DNA of 64,000 nucleotides. Source: a virus. The first letter of the stretch is position 1; every line of letters starts with the position of its first letter. Under the pieces are notes generated by a model. It was not told the origin of the DNA and did not search any database. It saw nothing but the letters and a program-made list of their open reading frames with translations. Shown here piece by piece: positions 31,162 through 41,200 of the stretch. The stretch covers positions 54,643 to 118,642 of IMG/VR virus record IMGVR_UViG_3300023172_000011, one strand, 5' to 3'. Made by a program: the position numbers and the translations under genes.

Positions 31162-32115
31162 CTATACGCCATGAACTATTAGTTCAGTCTTTAATTTAAC
31201 TGTACCAACATGTACATTTGGCGTAAGCGAATAAACAGAATCAATACTCGCCTCAATTAATCTTATATGCCTGCCTTCATAAGTAGACAAAAGATCTGGA
31301 TACTGCAAAGCACCCGATACGGGAACACCTCTGTAATCTAAAGGAAAAGCATTGTTTGTCGCAATTTGGTCCAAATCATATGCTTTTAAAACCTTTTGAT
31401 TCTGCATAGTCACAATGTCAATTAGGTGATCTCGCGTATAGACATCTTCCGCAACGCAATGAAACAGAAAATCAGTGAATATTGTCTGTCCACCGCCAAG
31501 TGCATAAGGTGTCATTTTTCTTGAATTAACTAATTCCACACCAATAGCAGGTAATTGTAAACGATTGTCGCCTAGTATCGCCCATTCACCACTATTGTTG
31601 ATAAAATTTGAATTGTCAGCACGTTCAGAATTTTTCTGCACTTGCTTAAACCATTCCAGTCCATCCGCTTGTGCCACATTAACATATTTGTAACTATACT
31701 CACATGTTACAGTAGCATCTGTATCAATCGCCGTATCAAAGATAACCCTTCCTAAAGGATGATTAATATAATGAGCGTATGCTCCCGCAGTAGATGTTGG
31801 ATAAAAGTCGCCACCAACATAAACTCCAGAAACTCCGGGGTAAGCACTATCAGTACTGGTCAATGCACCAAGCCCACTTTCCCATACCCAATTTGATCGA
31901 AACCCCTCCCAAACTTGACCATATGTATATCTAGGATCGTCAACGACCCTAAGTTGATGTTCTGATCCACCGTAATATCCAACGGTTGGTATTTCAACAT
32001 TAATATATCCAGACTTTTCTATTAAGCCATAGTCTAGCCATGATATTAAATTCTCTCTAATATCTGCCGTAATCGTTGCATCGCCAAATAAAGTAAAGCC
32101 TTTTAAGTATGTCAT
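31162..32115 (-). CDS. tail terminator/neck protein
   Basis: Immediately upstream of the tube. Contains 'LQLPAIGVE...PYALGGG'. Confidence 0.55.
   Translation of the reverse strand: MTYLKGFTLFGDATITADIRENLISWLDYGLIEKSGYINVEIPTVGYYGGSEHQLRVVDDPRYTYGQVWEGFRSNWVWESGLGALTSTDSAYPGVSGVYVGGDFYPTSTAGAYAHYINHPLGRVIFDTAIDTDATVTCEYSYKYVNVAQADGLEWFKQVQKNSERADNSNFINNSGEWAILGDNRLQLPAIGVELVNSRKMTPYALGGGQTIFTDFLFHCVAEDVYTRDHLIDIVTMQNQKVLKAYDLDQIATNNAFPLDYRGVPVSGALQYPDLLSTYEGRHIRLIEASIDSVYSLTPNVHVGTVKLKTELIVHGV
31163..31189 (-). promoter_or_regulatory. putative late promoter (GACTG-N13-TGGCGTATA)
   Basis: One of five same-spaced copies. About 45 nt before the tube ATG. Confidence 0.7.
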
Positions 32116-32783
32116 TCAAGCACCTTTTTAATTTCTTTTGCAACCATTTCAACAATTTGAGGAAATGCTGGTTCTAACGCTCTTGTTACAAAGTTGCTAG
32201 CTTCTGTTCCGGCATGTGATGGATCGACGCGAAAAGGCTCGCTGGAAGATAAGTTTTTTAATGGAACCATTACTGTTCTACCTCCGGAACGTGTGCGGCC
32301 ACGAGCATGTTCAAATAGCGAATAATCACCAATAATAATTTCTGTGCCACGAGTTAATAACCATTCGAGCCAATCTACATTTCCTCCAGTTGATTGATAT
32401 GACCCGCCAGCAGAAAGTGATGATAAAGAAAAATCAGCAGGTAAAATCTCAGCAGATAATCTTGCTACATACTGATTAGACCCAGCTAATACTTTTATTT
32501 GAAAGTTTTCTGCCAAAGCATCAATAATTCCCCCAATAGCACTTGTTACTTCTGCTGGCTTTAAACCAAAGTCATCTCTTAATTGCCCGCCAAGTAATTC
32601 TGTAACTGTTTGAGAAGACATCAACTGAACACTAACAACTGAAGATATGCTTGGACGTAAATTGTTAGTGATTGTATTAATCTTTCCAAAAAGAGCCTTA
32701 ATAAGTTCTTTTCTTATAGCGTCTTGAAATACATTATCTCCACTAACTATTTTTAAGTTGGCTTTGGTTCGGAATCCAGCCAT
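32112..32783 (-). CDS. tail completion protein (HK97 gp10-like position)
   Basis: C-terminal 'HAGTEASNFVTRAL'. Start placed at MAGFRTK (TAATG overlap). Confidence 0.55.
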   Translation of the reverse strand: MAGFRTKANLKIVSGDNVFQDAIRKELIKALFGKINTITNNLRPSISSVVSVQLMSSQTVTELLGGQLRDDFGLKPAEVTSAIGGIIDALAENFQIKVLAGSNQYVARLSAEILPADFSLSSLSAGGSYQSTGGNVDWLEWLLTRGTEIIIGDYSLFEHARGRTRSGGRTVMVPLKNLSSSEPFRVDPSHAGTEASNFVTRALEPAFPQIVEMVAKEIKKVLE

Positions 32784-33262
32784 TATGCACGACCCCAAAA
32801 ACACATAAAATATTTTTGATCTAATCCATGAAGTACTGGCTCGCCATTCTTTGTGAATCGCCATTCTGCATGACCAGTTCTATCTGTATTTATAAGCAAA
32901 GCCTTTGCTCTATTTATTTTTTGTAGATCAGCATAAGCTCCGATAGTCATTATTCCGCCATCTGGAACTTCAATATTTCCAAACTTCTTGAAGTCTTTTT
33001 TATCCCAGTAAACGCGGAGTGTAATATCTTCTGTTGTTTCTACAGTCTTGAAACTTGTTGACCCCCTCTTAAAGCCGGAATCTGGAGAAGTATTCTGCAA
33101 GTTCATTAACTTACGCTGTTTGATATCCGGAACGACATCTACAATTGTTTCTATCTTTTCTGTATATACCAACTTACAGGACATGCCAAATCCACTTGAT
33201 GCTAACATAGCATCAGCAAATTCCGCATATTTTGTAAACACGCCAGATGGAATTGTAACCAT
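32783..33262 (-). CDS. head closure/stopper protein
   Basis: Beta-rich 159-aa ORF in neck-gene order. Confidence 0.5.
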   Translation of the reverse strand: MVTIPSGVFTKYAEFADAMLASSGFGMSCKLVYTEKIETIVDVVPDIKQRKLMNLQNTSPDSGFKRGSTSFKTVETTEDITLRVYWDKKDFKKFGNIEVPDGGIMTIGAYADLQKINRAKALLINTDRTGHAEWRFTKNGEPVLHGLDQKYFMCFWGRA

Positions 33263-33465
33263 TATAGAATATCATCTCCAGTGTAGTATCTAACATGCTC
33301 AAATCTAGAATCTAAAACGCCGCTTTGAGTTGGTATTTGTGATGTCTGATTGTTTACTGTATCTAATGTATGATTCGTAACAACTCCAAGAACGTTAACG
33401 GATACAACAGCCGTTCCATTCTTATAATCATTACCTCCAATAATCTTTTGAAGAACATCTGCCAT
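33262..33465 (-). CDS. small virion protein
   Basis: GAGG RBS. Coupled to the downstream gene. Confidence 0.55.
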   Translation of the reverse strand: MADVLQKIIGGNDYKNGTAVVSVNVLGVVTNHTLDTVNNQTSQIPTQSGVLDSRFEHVRYYTGDDIL

Positions 33466-33476
33466 GATTTTTACCT

Positions 33477-34004
33477 CTATCTAATGTATTGTCTAAAATT
33501 ACCATTGTATCTATATACAACGTCACTGCCGGGAGCGTAAGGACTAAGAATTGCTTTGCCAACTGCATTATTGCCAGCGGCGTAATTAAACTTGTATTCT
33601 TCGTATGTTTTACAGGAATATTCGTATAGGTATTTAATATTTGCTGCTACTGCGGTATAATCAATGCTGCTTGGACCATCGCTGACTCTAACAGCATTAA
33701 GTGCCTGTGTTTTCATTTCACTGCCCATAATCAAGCAGGCAGTTTTAAGAGAAACTAAATTAATAAAAGCATCGTCCTTATTTACAGTCGATAAGCCAGT
33801 TGTAGGATCTGTAGGATCTGGACTAAGATAGCATTGTTCTACATCAATCGTGTAGGTGTTTTCAAAATCTACTTCGACAAGCACAATTTGTGCAGCGACT
33901 AAAATACTGGTCTCTAAACGCTCATTAGAATAGCTATAGTTTGTAGGATCGACATCACTTATTAAATATCTAACTATTGTAGTCATTTCACCTTGCCAAG
34001 ACAT
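33477..34004 (-). CDS. head-tail adaptor
   Basis: 'VRYLISD...YSYSNERL' and 'VSDGPSSIDY' resemble gp15/gp6-type adaptors. Confidence 0.6.
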   Translation of the reverse strand: MSWQGEMTTIVRYLISDVDPTNYSYSNERLETSILVAAQIVLVEVDFENTYTIDVEQCYLSPDPTDPTTGLSTVNKDDAFINLVSLKTACLIMGSEMKTQALNAVRVSDGPSSIDYTAVAANIKYLYEYSCKTYEEYKFNYAAGNNAVGKAILSPYAPGSDVVYRYNGNFRQYIR

Positions 34005-34015
34005 AATTTTACCCC

Positions 34016-34321
34016 TTAAAGGTTACAGTAAACTTTGAAATCTTCTATACTGGTATAATAAGTCCCGCTAGGCATAAATACTCTACCCTGAAGTTTATAA
34101 TTTCCAGCAGCATTGAAATCGCCACTGACGGATGTATAATACATTTTACCGTCTGTGCCATCAGTATACAAAAGGCCGGATTTTTCATATGAAATGCCAT
34201 CTGGTTTTTTTATAAATACATCTAAATCGCTAGCAGTAGATATGTCTACAACTACCCCATCGTCCTTAACGGTCATAATGAGTTTAGTGCCAATATCTCC
34301 AACATGTATTTGACTAGCCAT
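34016..34321 (-). CDS. BppU N-terminal-like domain protein
   Basis: 'GDIGTKLIMTVKD...VDIS...KKPDG...GKMYY...DFNAAGNY.LQ' pattern. Confidence 0.65.
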   Translation of the reverse strand: MASQIHVGDIGTKLIMTVKDDGVVVDISTASDLDVFIKKPDGISYEKSGLLYTDGTDGKMYYTSVSGDFNAAGNYKLQGRVFMPSGTYYTSIEDFKVYCNL

Positions 34322-34333
34322 TTAGCTCTCCCG

Positions 34334-34588
34334 TCATCTAATAATTATAAAATCTTCGGATATAGATTGTTGAATATCCAGATTAAATACATCCTGTTGC
34401 TGAACATCAATGGAGAAACTTTCATCTTGTTGAATGTCTATGGAAAAACTCTCATCTTCCTGAATTTCAATGGAAAAGCTCTCATCTTCCTGAATGTCGA
34501 TATTAAAGTAAAATATTTCCCCGTTTGACACAACATATGTGTCGATATCAGAAAAAGTGCTGCCACAAATAGGACTATCGCAAAACAT
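34334..34588 (-). CDS. small acidic protein with 10-aa tandem repeats
   Basis: About five IDIQ(E/Q)DESFS-like units. GGAG RBS. Confidence 0.65.
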   Translation of the reverse strand: MFCDSPICGSTFSDIDTYVVSNGEIFYFNIDIQEDESFSIEIQEDESFSIDIQQDESFSIDVQQQDVFNLDIQQSISEDFIIIR

Positions 34589-34612
34589 TATTATCTCCTA
34601 ATCTATCCTTAG

Positions 34613-34639
34613 TATACTCCATGAATTTTAAATAAAGTC
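34613..34639 (-). promoter_or_regulatory. putative late promoter (GACTT-N13-TGGAGTATA)
   Basis: Same bipartite motif and spacing. About 25 nt before the 34588 ATG. Confidence 0.65.
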
Positions 34640-35057
34640 AAATTATAGATATTCTTGCCTTTAAACTTGAAGTTGAGATATCTCTGGTATACGGAATATA
34701 AATTAATAGTATATTATTAATGTCCAACCACTCTTGAGTAAACTGCATTTGCTCGTAATAGTCTTTCTTGCACCAGTCATCGCCAATTGCTATAATGTCT
34801 GGCTGAACTGTTAATATTGCTGGTTTGCTATCGTGACCACCAATATTTTCAACAACTTTTATATTTGAGTCAAAACACTCAATACTTTGTTTTCTTTCAT
34901 GATAAGATAAAATTGGGGCTTGATTTTTATAAGAAAATACGAACTCGTCAGTATTTAGAGAAACAAAAACTTGACTGGAAATCTTTTGACAGGCTCTTAA
35001 AAATTTCATATGCCCGTAATGGAAAAGATCAAATGTTCCTCCAGTGTATAGCTTCAT
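34638..35057 (-). CDS. cytidylyltransferase (TagD/RfaE-like)
   Basis: 'YTGGTFDLFHYGH' HxGH motif, 'IGDDW', 'ISTSSL'. Confidence 0.9.
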   Translation of the reverse strand: MKLYTGGTFDLFHYGHMKFLRACQKISSQVFVSLNTDEFVFSYKNQAPILSYHERKQSIECFDSNIKVVENIGGHDSKPAILTVQPDIIAIGDDWCKKDYYEQMQFTQEWLDINNILLIYIPYTRDISTSSLKARISII

Positions 35058-35911
35058 TTTTTAAATGCTTCCACATAAAATGGCACTAACTTGTGAGACA
35101 TTCTCCATCCCAATAAATGATGGAATATACAATCATGTAGGCATAGCTTCTGCATAGACCAAGTTATCATATCCTTAAATTCTATTTCTTGTGGATATAG
35201 CGGATCGCCTATATTATAAGTTGATGAACATATTTTGTTATTTGGATATTGACCAGCAAAATTACACGGAGGCTCTATTGTGTAGCTTTTATAATTATCA
35301 TTCTCTTGTAGAAAAAAGGATATTAAATGTTCATCATTAATTATTTGTTTTTCATCCTTAATTCGTAACTGGTTGTTAATGCTCATACAATGAAGTAACC
35401 CTATTTCTGACACAATATCTAATTCTCTACTTATTAAGTAATCAACTAAATTTTGACAAAACTCTCTTGTGTATATTGCAAAGCCAGTATCAGTATTAAG
35501 CACTTTATTATAATTATCGGAAAAAAATAATCTTGTGATATCTGTTTTTGTTTTCAACCACGGCCTGTCGGGATTATCGCCAAAATCTACAAATCTCCAG
35601 TGCATAAAATTTTTGTCTTGCGGTATTAATCCGTTAATGTCTTCTTCTAGTTTTAGTACTACAGTGTCTAAATCAATAAAAATACCAATATCAGCCTGAG
35701 ATTCTAAAAAACTATAAATTCGCGTTAGCTTTCTAATGAACGGATGATGATCAATGTTAGTATCAAGCATCTTTCTAACAAAGTAATTATTTTTGTCAAT
35801 AACACGTAGCGTTACTCCATGTTTAGTAAAATACCTATTGAGGCTAGTAATTGAAGTTCTATGCCAATCTTTAAATTCATCATAGGTATTTAGGACATAC
35901 GCTTCTATCAT
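35054..35911 (-). CDS. GT-A fold glycosyltransferase
   Basis: DxD motif 'IFIDLDTVV', then 'NTDTG', 'DEHLI' and C-terminal 'FHHLLG'. Confidence 0.65.
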   Translation of the reverse strand: MIEAYVLNTYDEFKDWHRTSITSLNRYFTKHGVTLRVIDKNNYFVRKMLDTNIDHHPFIRKLTRIYSFLESQADIGIFIDLDTVVLKLEEDINGLIPQDKNFMHWRFVDFGDNPDRPWLKTKTDITRLFFSDNYNKVLNTDTGFAIYTREFCQNLVDYLISRELDIVSEIGLLHCMSINNQLRIKDEKQIINDEHLISFFLQENDNYKSYTIEPPCNFAGQYPNNKICSSTYNIGDPLYPQEIEFKDMITWSMQKLCLHDCIFHHLLGWRMSHKLVPFYVEAFKK

Positions 35912-35913
35912 TA

Positions 35914-36441
35914 TTAAGCCTTATTAAGATGTGGCAAACTACATTGTGGAATATCACATTTTACACAAATTTCCCACCATTGTTCGTTTAGTTTGTAGTA
36001 GTCAAATATCTCAACACCAAGATCTTCTCCATCATAACCTTTAGTAAACCAAGCTAAATCTTGTTTTCTTTGAATATCCCAATACCATTCTTTATCTTCA
36101 GATGATAATACTTTTTTCCATCCATCAGCACAAAGTGGAGACTCATGAACGCCTAAAGCAATATCTTTATCTACTAATGCTTTAATGCTATTAAGTCTTT
36201 CTTCTTCTGGTCTATAAATAGCAAACTTAAATATATCATCCCACTCTGTTATGTATTTTTTTAAAACACAGGCTCTTGTATGTCTTGCAAAATGCCACCA
36301 ATGCGGTATAGAATGTGCCCCTGTTCCTATGAAAATATCAAAATTATTTCCGGCACAAGCGGAAGCTATAGCGTTAGTTATTGAATTTCCAGCGGCTCTT
36401 GGCACATGTATAAAAACCGCCCTTCCCGGAAGGTAGATCAT
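35914..36441 (-). CDS. sulfotransferase-family (Sulfotransfer_2-like) protein
   Basis: 5'-PSB-like 'FIHVPRAAGNSI', 3'-PB-like 'FKFAIYRP.EERL.S', C-terminal 'LPHLN'. Confidence 0.7.
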   Translation of the reverse strand: MIYLPGRAVFIHVPRAAGNSITNAIASACAGNNFDIFIGTGAHSIPHWWHFARHTRACVLKKYITEWDDIFKFAIYRPEEERLNSIKALVDKDIALGVHESPLCADGWKKVLSSEDKEWYWDIQRKQDLAWFTKGYDGEDLGVEIFDYYKLNEQWWEICVKCDIPQCSLPHLNKA

Positions 36442-37463
36442 TAAAAGTAAACCCCATCATTTGGACAAATAACACAAGTATTTGGAAATGTTTCTTTAAT
36501 TATTTTTGCCTCTGGCATTTCACTCTCAACAAAAAATTTAGCAAACATTTTTTTGGCAATTTCTCCTTTATATTGACCAACAACAAAATGATGCCTTAAA
36601 TTACGTTCTTCTTCTCTCTCTGTTGGAAACATAATTAGCTTATTATAATTAAATCCATGTCTTTTAAGCCAAGCCTCCGTCACATCTCGATATCTTTCTA
36701 GTCTTCCAGTTACTAATGCCTTAGCTTTAAATAATTTGGGTATTCTCTCAAGATATGGCTCAACTGTTTCAAGCCATGCAATATGCTTTTCTTCATCGTT
36801 TAATATTTCAATTGGAACGTTCTTGCAAAATATACCGTCGATATCAAATAATGCGTGTTGGACATGCAGGCTGTTAAAAAAGTTCCATTCTAATATATGT
36901 GGATTCTCTAATATTTCCCCGTAATGATCTACATGATTAGTGCCAACAGATGTTGAGTAAGTAACGGCAAATATTGATTCCGGAAATAACTCCTTTATAT
37001 TTTTAGCGGCAAAACCAGAACTACTTGTATCGTCAATAAATATCAGGCAATCCCCAGATTGATTGAAATGCTCCATACGACATCCACCATATTCAGAAAA
37101 TGAAGAGAGTAAAACCAACTCTTTTCCATTAAAAGAATAAAGCGGAAGATTTAACTCAACCGCTATAATTGATGCTGTAATTAATCCTGACCTTGGCACA
37201 CCAACAATTCCGGATATATTATATTTCTTCAATTGTGGAATTAGCTTGGTTTTTGTTGTATTTATCAACGCATCAAGCGTTATTATCTTTCCAGATGGAG
37301 ATCTTTTTCTTTTTGTTTGTATTCCAAGATCAGATCTTTGTTTATATGCCTCTCTTTCTTCAGATGTAGCAGATTGACACCATTGCCAACTTGGTGGGTC
37401 TGCCGTCATTTCTTTATTGAAAAACTGGCAAAATCCGGGTCCGTCACAACAACATTCTTCCAT
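36441..37463 (-). CDS. Cys-rich N-domain + phosphoribosyltransferase + HAD-phosphatase fusion
   Basis: PRT motifs 'IVGVPRSGL' and 'IFIDDTSSSG'. HAD motifs 'FDIDG', 'VTGR', 'FVES'. Confidence 0.8.
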   Translation of the reverse strand: MEECCCDGPGFCQFFNKEMTADPPSWQWCQSATSEEREAYKQRSDLGIQTKRKRSPSGKIITLDALINTTKTKLIPQLKKYNISGIVGVPRSGLITASIIAVELNLPLYSFNGKELVLLSSFSEYGGCRMEHFNQSGDCLIFIDDTSSSGFAAKNIKELFPESIFAVTYSTSVGTNHVDHYGEILENPHILEWNFFNSLHVQHALFDIDGIFCKNVPIEILNDEEKHIAWLETVEPYLERIPKLFKAKALVTGRLERYRDVTEAWLKRHGFNYNKLIMFPTEREEERNLRHHFVVGQYKGEIAKKMFAKFFVESEMPEAKIIKETFPNTCVICPNDGVYF

Positions 37464-37466
37464 ATA

Positions 37467-37958
37467 TTATCCTAGCATAAATTGTGAATTTAATTCCCTT
37501 GCAATAATATTTACATCTACTGAGGCACCATAAGCGTCATACTCATAATGGAGTGTATCTGGATCAACGTCGCCGCCAGATGCCGTATCAATGATATATT
37601 TTACCGTTACGGTGGCAGAACTTGCAGAAGATGAAGATATTGCTGTAATATCATATCTATACCATTGCTTAGCACCTCCAGTAGAGTTGTCAATATCATC
37701 ACCAATAATTAATTTATCGCCAATTTGAATTTTTGTAAGACCATCGGATGTGGCATTATCATAGACTAAAGTAACTGTATAAGTTGGACCAAATCCAGTA
37801 GAACTGCTAATATCCAAATTATATTCCGGCATAGCATCTGGATCGCCACTACCTCGCAATACATCAAATATTTGATAGTTATGAAAACCTAATGCTCTTA
37901 CTTCAGCATCCGTCATATACGACAATGGAGGTCTATGTGTATATGTTTGTTCCGGCAT
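37467..37958 (-). CDS. hypothetical virion-associated protein
   Basis: Beta-rich ORF in the fibre operon. Confidence 0.5.
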   Translation of the reverse strand: MPEQTYTHRPPLSYMTDAEVRALGFHNYQIFDVLRGSGDPDAMPEYNLDISSSTGFGPTYTVTLVYDNATSDGLTKIQIGDKLIIGDDIDNSTGGAKQWYRYDITAISSSSASSATVTVKYIIDTASGGDVDPDTLHYEYDAYGASVDVNIIARELNSQFMLG

Positions 37959-37967
37959 AATTTAATC

Positions 37968-38267
37968 CTAAACTTGTGGATCTGTAATATTTACACTTGT
38001 ATCAAGAGAATTAGCAGCCTGCTCTTTAGCAAGTCTCACCTCATAAGCGGAAACATTATCTGATAAAAACTTTCTAACCATTCGATTAGCAAATACTGAT
38101 TTAGATTCAGGATTTTCAATTAGTTCTGGATTTGATACTGGATCAGTAGGTAGAGATGAATTGAAATCCGGATTCTCTACTTGATCTGGTCTGCCATAAT
38201 TAGCTGCCACTGCATCCAAAACTCTTGTAATATCTTGATCTGCTATTTCTATTGAAAACTGTGCCAT
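37968..38267 (-). CDS. hypothetical protein (possible fibre chaperone)
   Basis: Follows the fibre gene. Contains 'VENPDFN...IENPESK'. Confidence 0.5.
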   Translation of the reverse strand: MAQFSIEIADQDITRVLDAVAANYGRPDQVENPDFNSSLPTDPVSNPELIENPESKSVFANRMVRKFLSDNVSAYEVRLAKEQAANSLDTSVNITDPQV

Positions 38268-38284
38268 AATATAACCCTTTTAAA

Positions 38285-41200
38285 TTATAGATTGTATCCT
38301 ATTACAAAACCGTCATAATTTCCGGCTGAAGTACAAATAAATCCAAATACATCTGTTTTACCGCCAGTTGTAGTTAATGTTGGTACTAAGCCTCCCGGCC
38401 ACTTAATCGTACTGAACCAAGTTACTGTACGAGTGCCAGTCCCATCTTGAACTAACCTAATTACAAATCTTTGACCAACATCAGCATTAGATAGTGCTAA
38501 AGTCCTATTACCTCCAAGTGTAACTGTATGAGTATCAGCTTCATCAAGATCAAATGTAACTGTTGCTCCATCTGATTCGGTATTTAAAGCACCTTTAGCC
38601 GCCTTATTAAAATGCCAAGTTCTATCAGTTGTTACATCCGTTCCATTATCCGGGGCATAAAGAACATGATTGCCAGCCGCATAATCGTAAATAGCAAATC
38701 TTGACTGGTTCGCTTGAAGCCCAACCCTCCATTTTGTCACACTTGCTGTTCTTAAAGCTAAATCCGCCCAATCGGTTGTTCCGCCGCGATCAAGTTCCAC
38801 ATAGGCTTGACCATCACTATCAATTTCTACGCCAGCCCAGCCGTTTGTACCGGGAGTGACTGTTTTAGCTGTTATTTTTACGTTATCGCCAGCACCCTTT
38901 TGTAGTAGAAAATTACTCGTATCTGTAGTTGGATAGACTTTAGCTACAACCGTATCAGAACTATCAGTAGCTTCAAAAAAGCTCGCAGATTGTGAAGCTG
39001 CACCTTTAGCGGTTAAAGCTACATTTGTAGATAGACTTGCTTCACATTGAGCGTCTAAAATCTGATTTCCATTTAGATCTAAGTCACCTCCAAGCTGAGG
39101 GGTTGTGTCTTCAACTATATTAGAAAGATACCCAGCGGTAGAATGATCGCCCCATCCATAAGCAGTGTTCCAGTTTGTAGAATTGTCAGTAAGAATGCTA
39201 TATGTTCCAGCACTAGCACCTCTTAACATAATACCCTGAGAGCCAAAGTCTCCATCTACAACAACGTCAGCATGGGATGTCTCCGAAGTTAAGTATCCAG
39301 CACTAGCATGATCGCCCCAGCCATAAGCAGTATCCCACTGACCAACCTTTGCATCGGTTATGGTATAGGTTCCCATATCAATAATATTGCCATTTGCATC
39401 AAGTGTTCCACCAAGCTGCGGAGTTGTATCTTCCACAACATTAGAAATGCCGCCCCCTCCAGCACCGCTTTCCCACGGAACATTAACTACCAATTGATCA
39501 CTAGCATTTCTTTGTATGGAATAGGTTCTATTTGCTGTAGTCGTAACACTTTCTGCCGCAGTTGTTTGAGTTGTGCCATCTACAAGATTAATATCAAAAG
39601 TTGTGCCATTTAAAGTTATGCCGGTTCCAGCGGTATAGGTAGTATCAGTTACAGTCTCTGTCGCTGTCGCAATTCCAGTAACGTGACCATTACTATCAAG
39701 CAAAATGTCTTGAATATAGGTTCTACCACTATTGTCTGAAGAAGAGGCGGCAGAAATGGTTGGGTGTGCTGTAAGGTATCCAGCGTCGTTAACTGCCTTT
39801 GGCGTTAAGGCTTTATCTTGATCACTATTAATTGTATTAGTGAGAATTGTGATTCCACTGCCAGATGTAGTGGCGGTTAAAGCCTCAAAAACTGTACCAT
39901 TTAACTGTAAACCACTACCGGCAGTATAGGTAGTATCAGTATCTGTTACAGTTTCCGTCGCTGTTGCAATTCCAGTAACGTGACCATTACTATCAAGCAA
40001 GATATCTTGAATATAGGTTCTTCCAGAATTATCGCTACTGCTTGCAGCAGAGATAGATGGATGTGCAATTAAATATCCAGCATCATTATTCAATAAAGAG
40101 ACATTATCGCCAGATTGTATTACCGTATTGTCAATATTGAATTCTGTACCAACAAGAGTTAATCCCGTACCAGCGGTGTAGGTAGTATCTGTATCAACGA
40201 CAGTTTCTGTCGCGGTTGCGATTCCTGTTACGTGACCATTAGAATCTAAAAGAATATCCTGAATATAAGTTCTTCCAGAGTTGTCGCTGCTTGAAGCTGC
40301 GGAAATGCTTGGATGTGCTGTAAGATATCCAGCATCATTAACTGCTTTAGGCGTTAGAGCTTTATCTTCATCACCATTTATAGTATTAGTTAATGTAGTT
40401 ATACCAGAACTGGAAGTAGTTGCCGTTAAAGCATTAAGTGTGACATCTCCAGTAGTTCCACCACCAGATAAACCACTTCCAGCATATACAGCAGTAATAT
40501 CTCCACCACCACCACCACCACCACCACCTCCAGTACCACTTTCCCAAGGAACATTGACAACTAGGTTATCACTACCATCTACTTGAATAGCATAAGTTCT
40601 ATTGGCAGTAGATGTAACACTTTCAGCAGCAGTTGTTTGCACTGTTGCATTAACGTTGGCGTCAAATGTTGTACCATTTAATGTCAAGCCAGTTCCAGCC
40701 GTATATGTGGTATCAGTATCTGTTACAGTTTCTGTAGCCGTTGTTATTCCAGTAACGTGACCATTACTGTCAAGCAAGATGTCTTGGATGTAAGTACGTC
40801 CAGAATTATCGCTACTGCTTGCGGCAGAGATAGATGGATGTGCTGTTAAATAGCTTTGCAAGTCTACAATCTGTGATTCAGTAATTCTTATTGCACCAGA
40901 ATGTTGAACAACTGATGATTCAGTAATGTTAGCGTCTGGTACATCTGCCCATGTTACATTTGCCGTTAAATCGTTAAGCTCTGTATTAATATATCCAGAA
41001 TCATTAACTAATAAACTAATATTATCGCCTGATTGCACCACAGTATCGTCAATGTTAAATTCTGTACCAACAAGAGTTAGTCCAGTTCCTGCGGTATATG
41101 TTGTATCTGTATCAACAACTGTTTCTGTAGCAGTAGAAATGCCGGTAATATGACCATTGCTGTCAAGTAAAATGTCTTGGATATAGGTTCTACCACTATT

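Noticed and set aside
15531-32115. Contractile (myovirus) tail
   Set aside because: No sheath or baseplate wedge (gpJ/gp25-like) gene is recognisable around the tube and tape measure.
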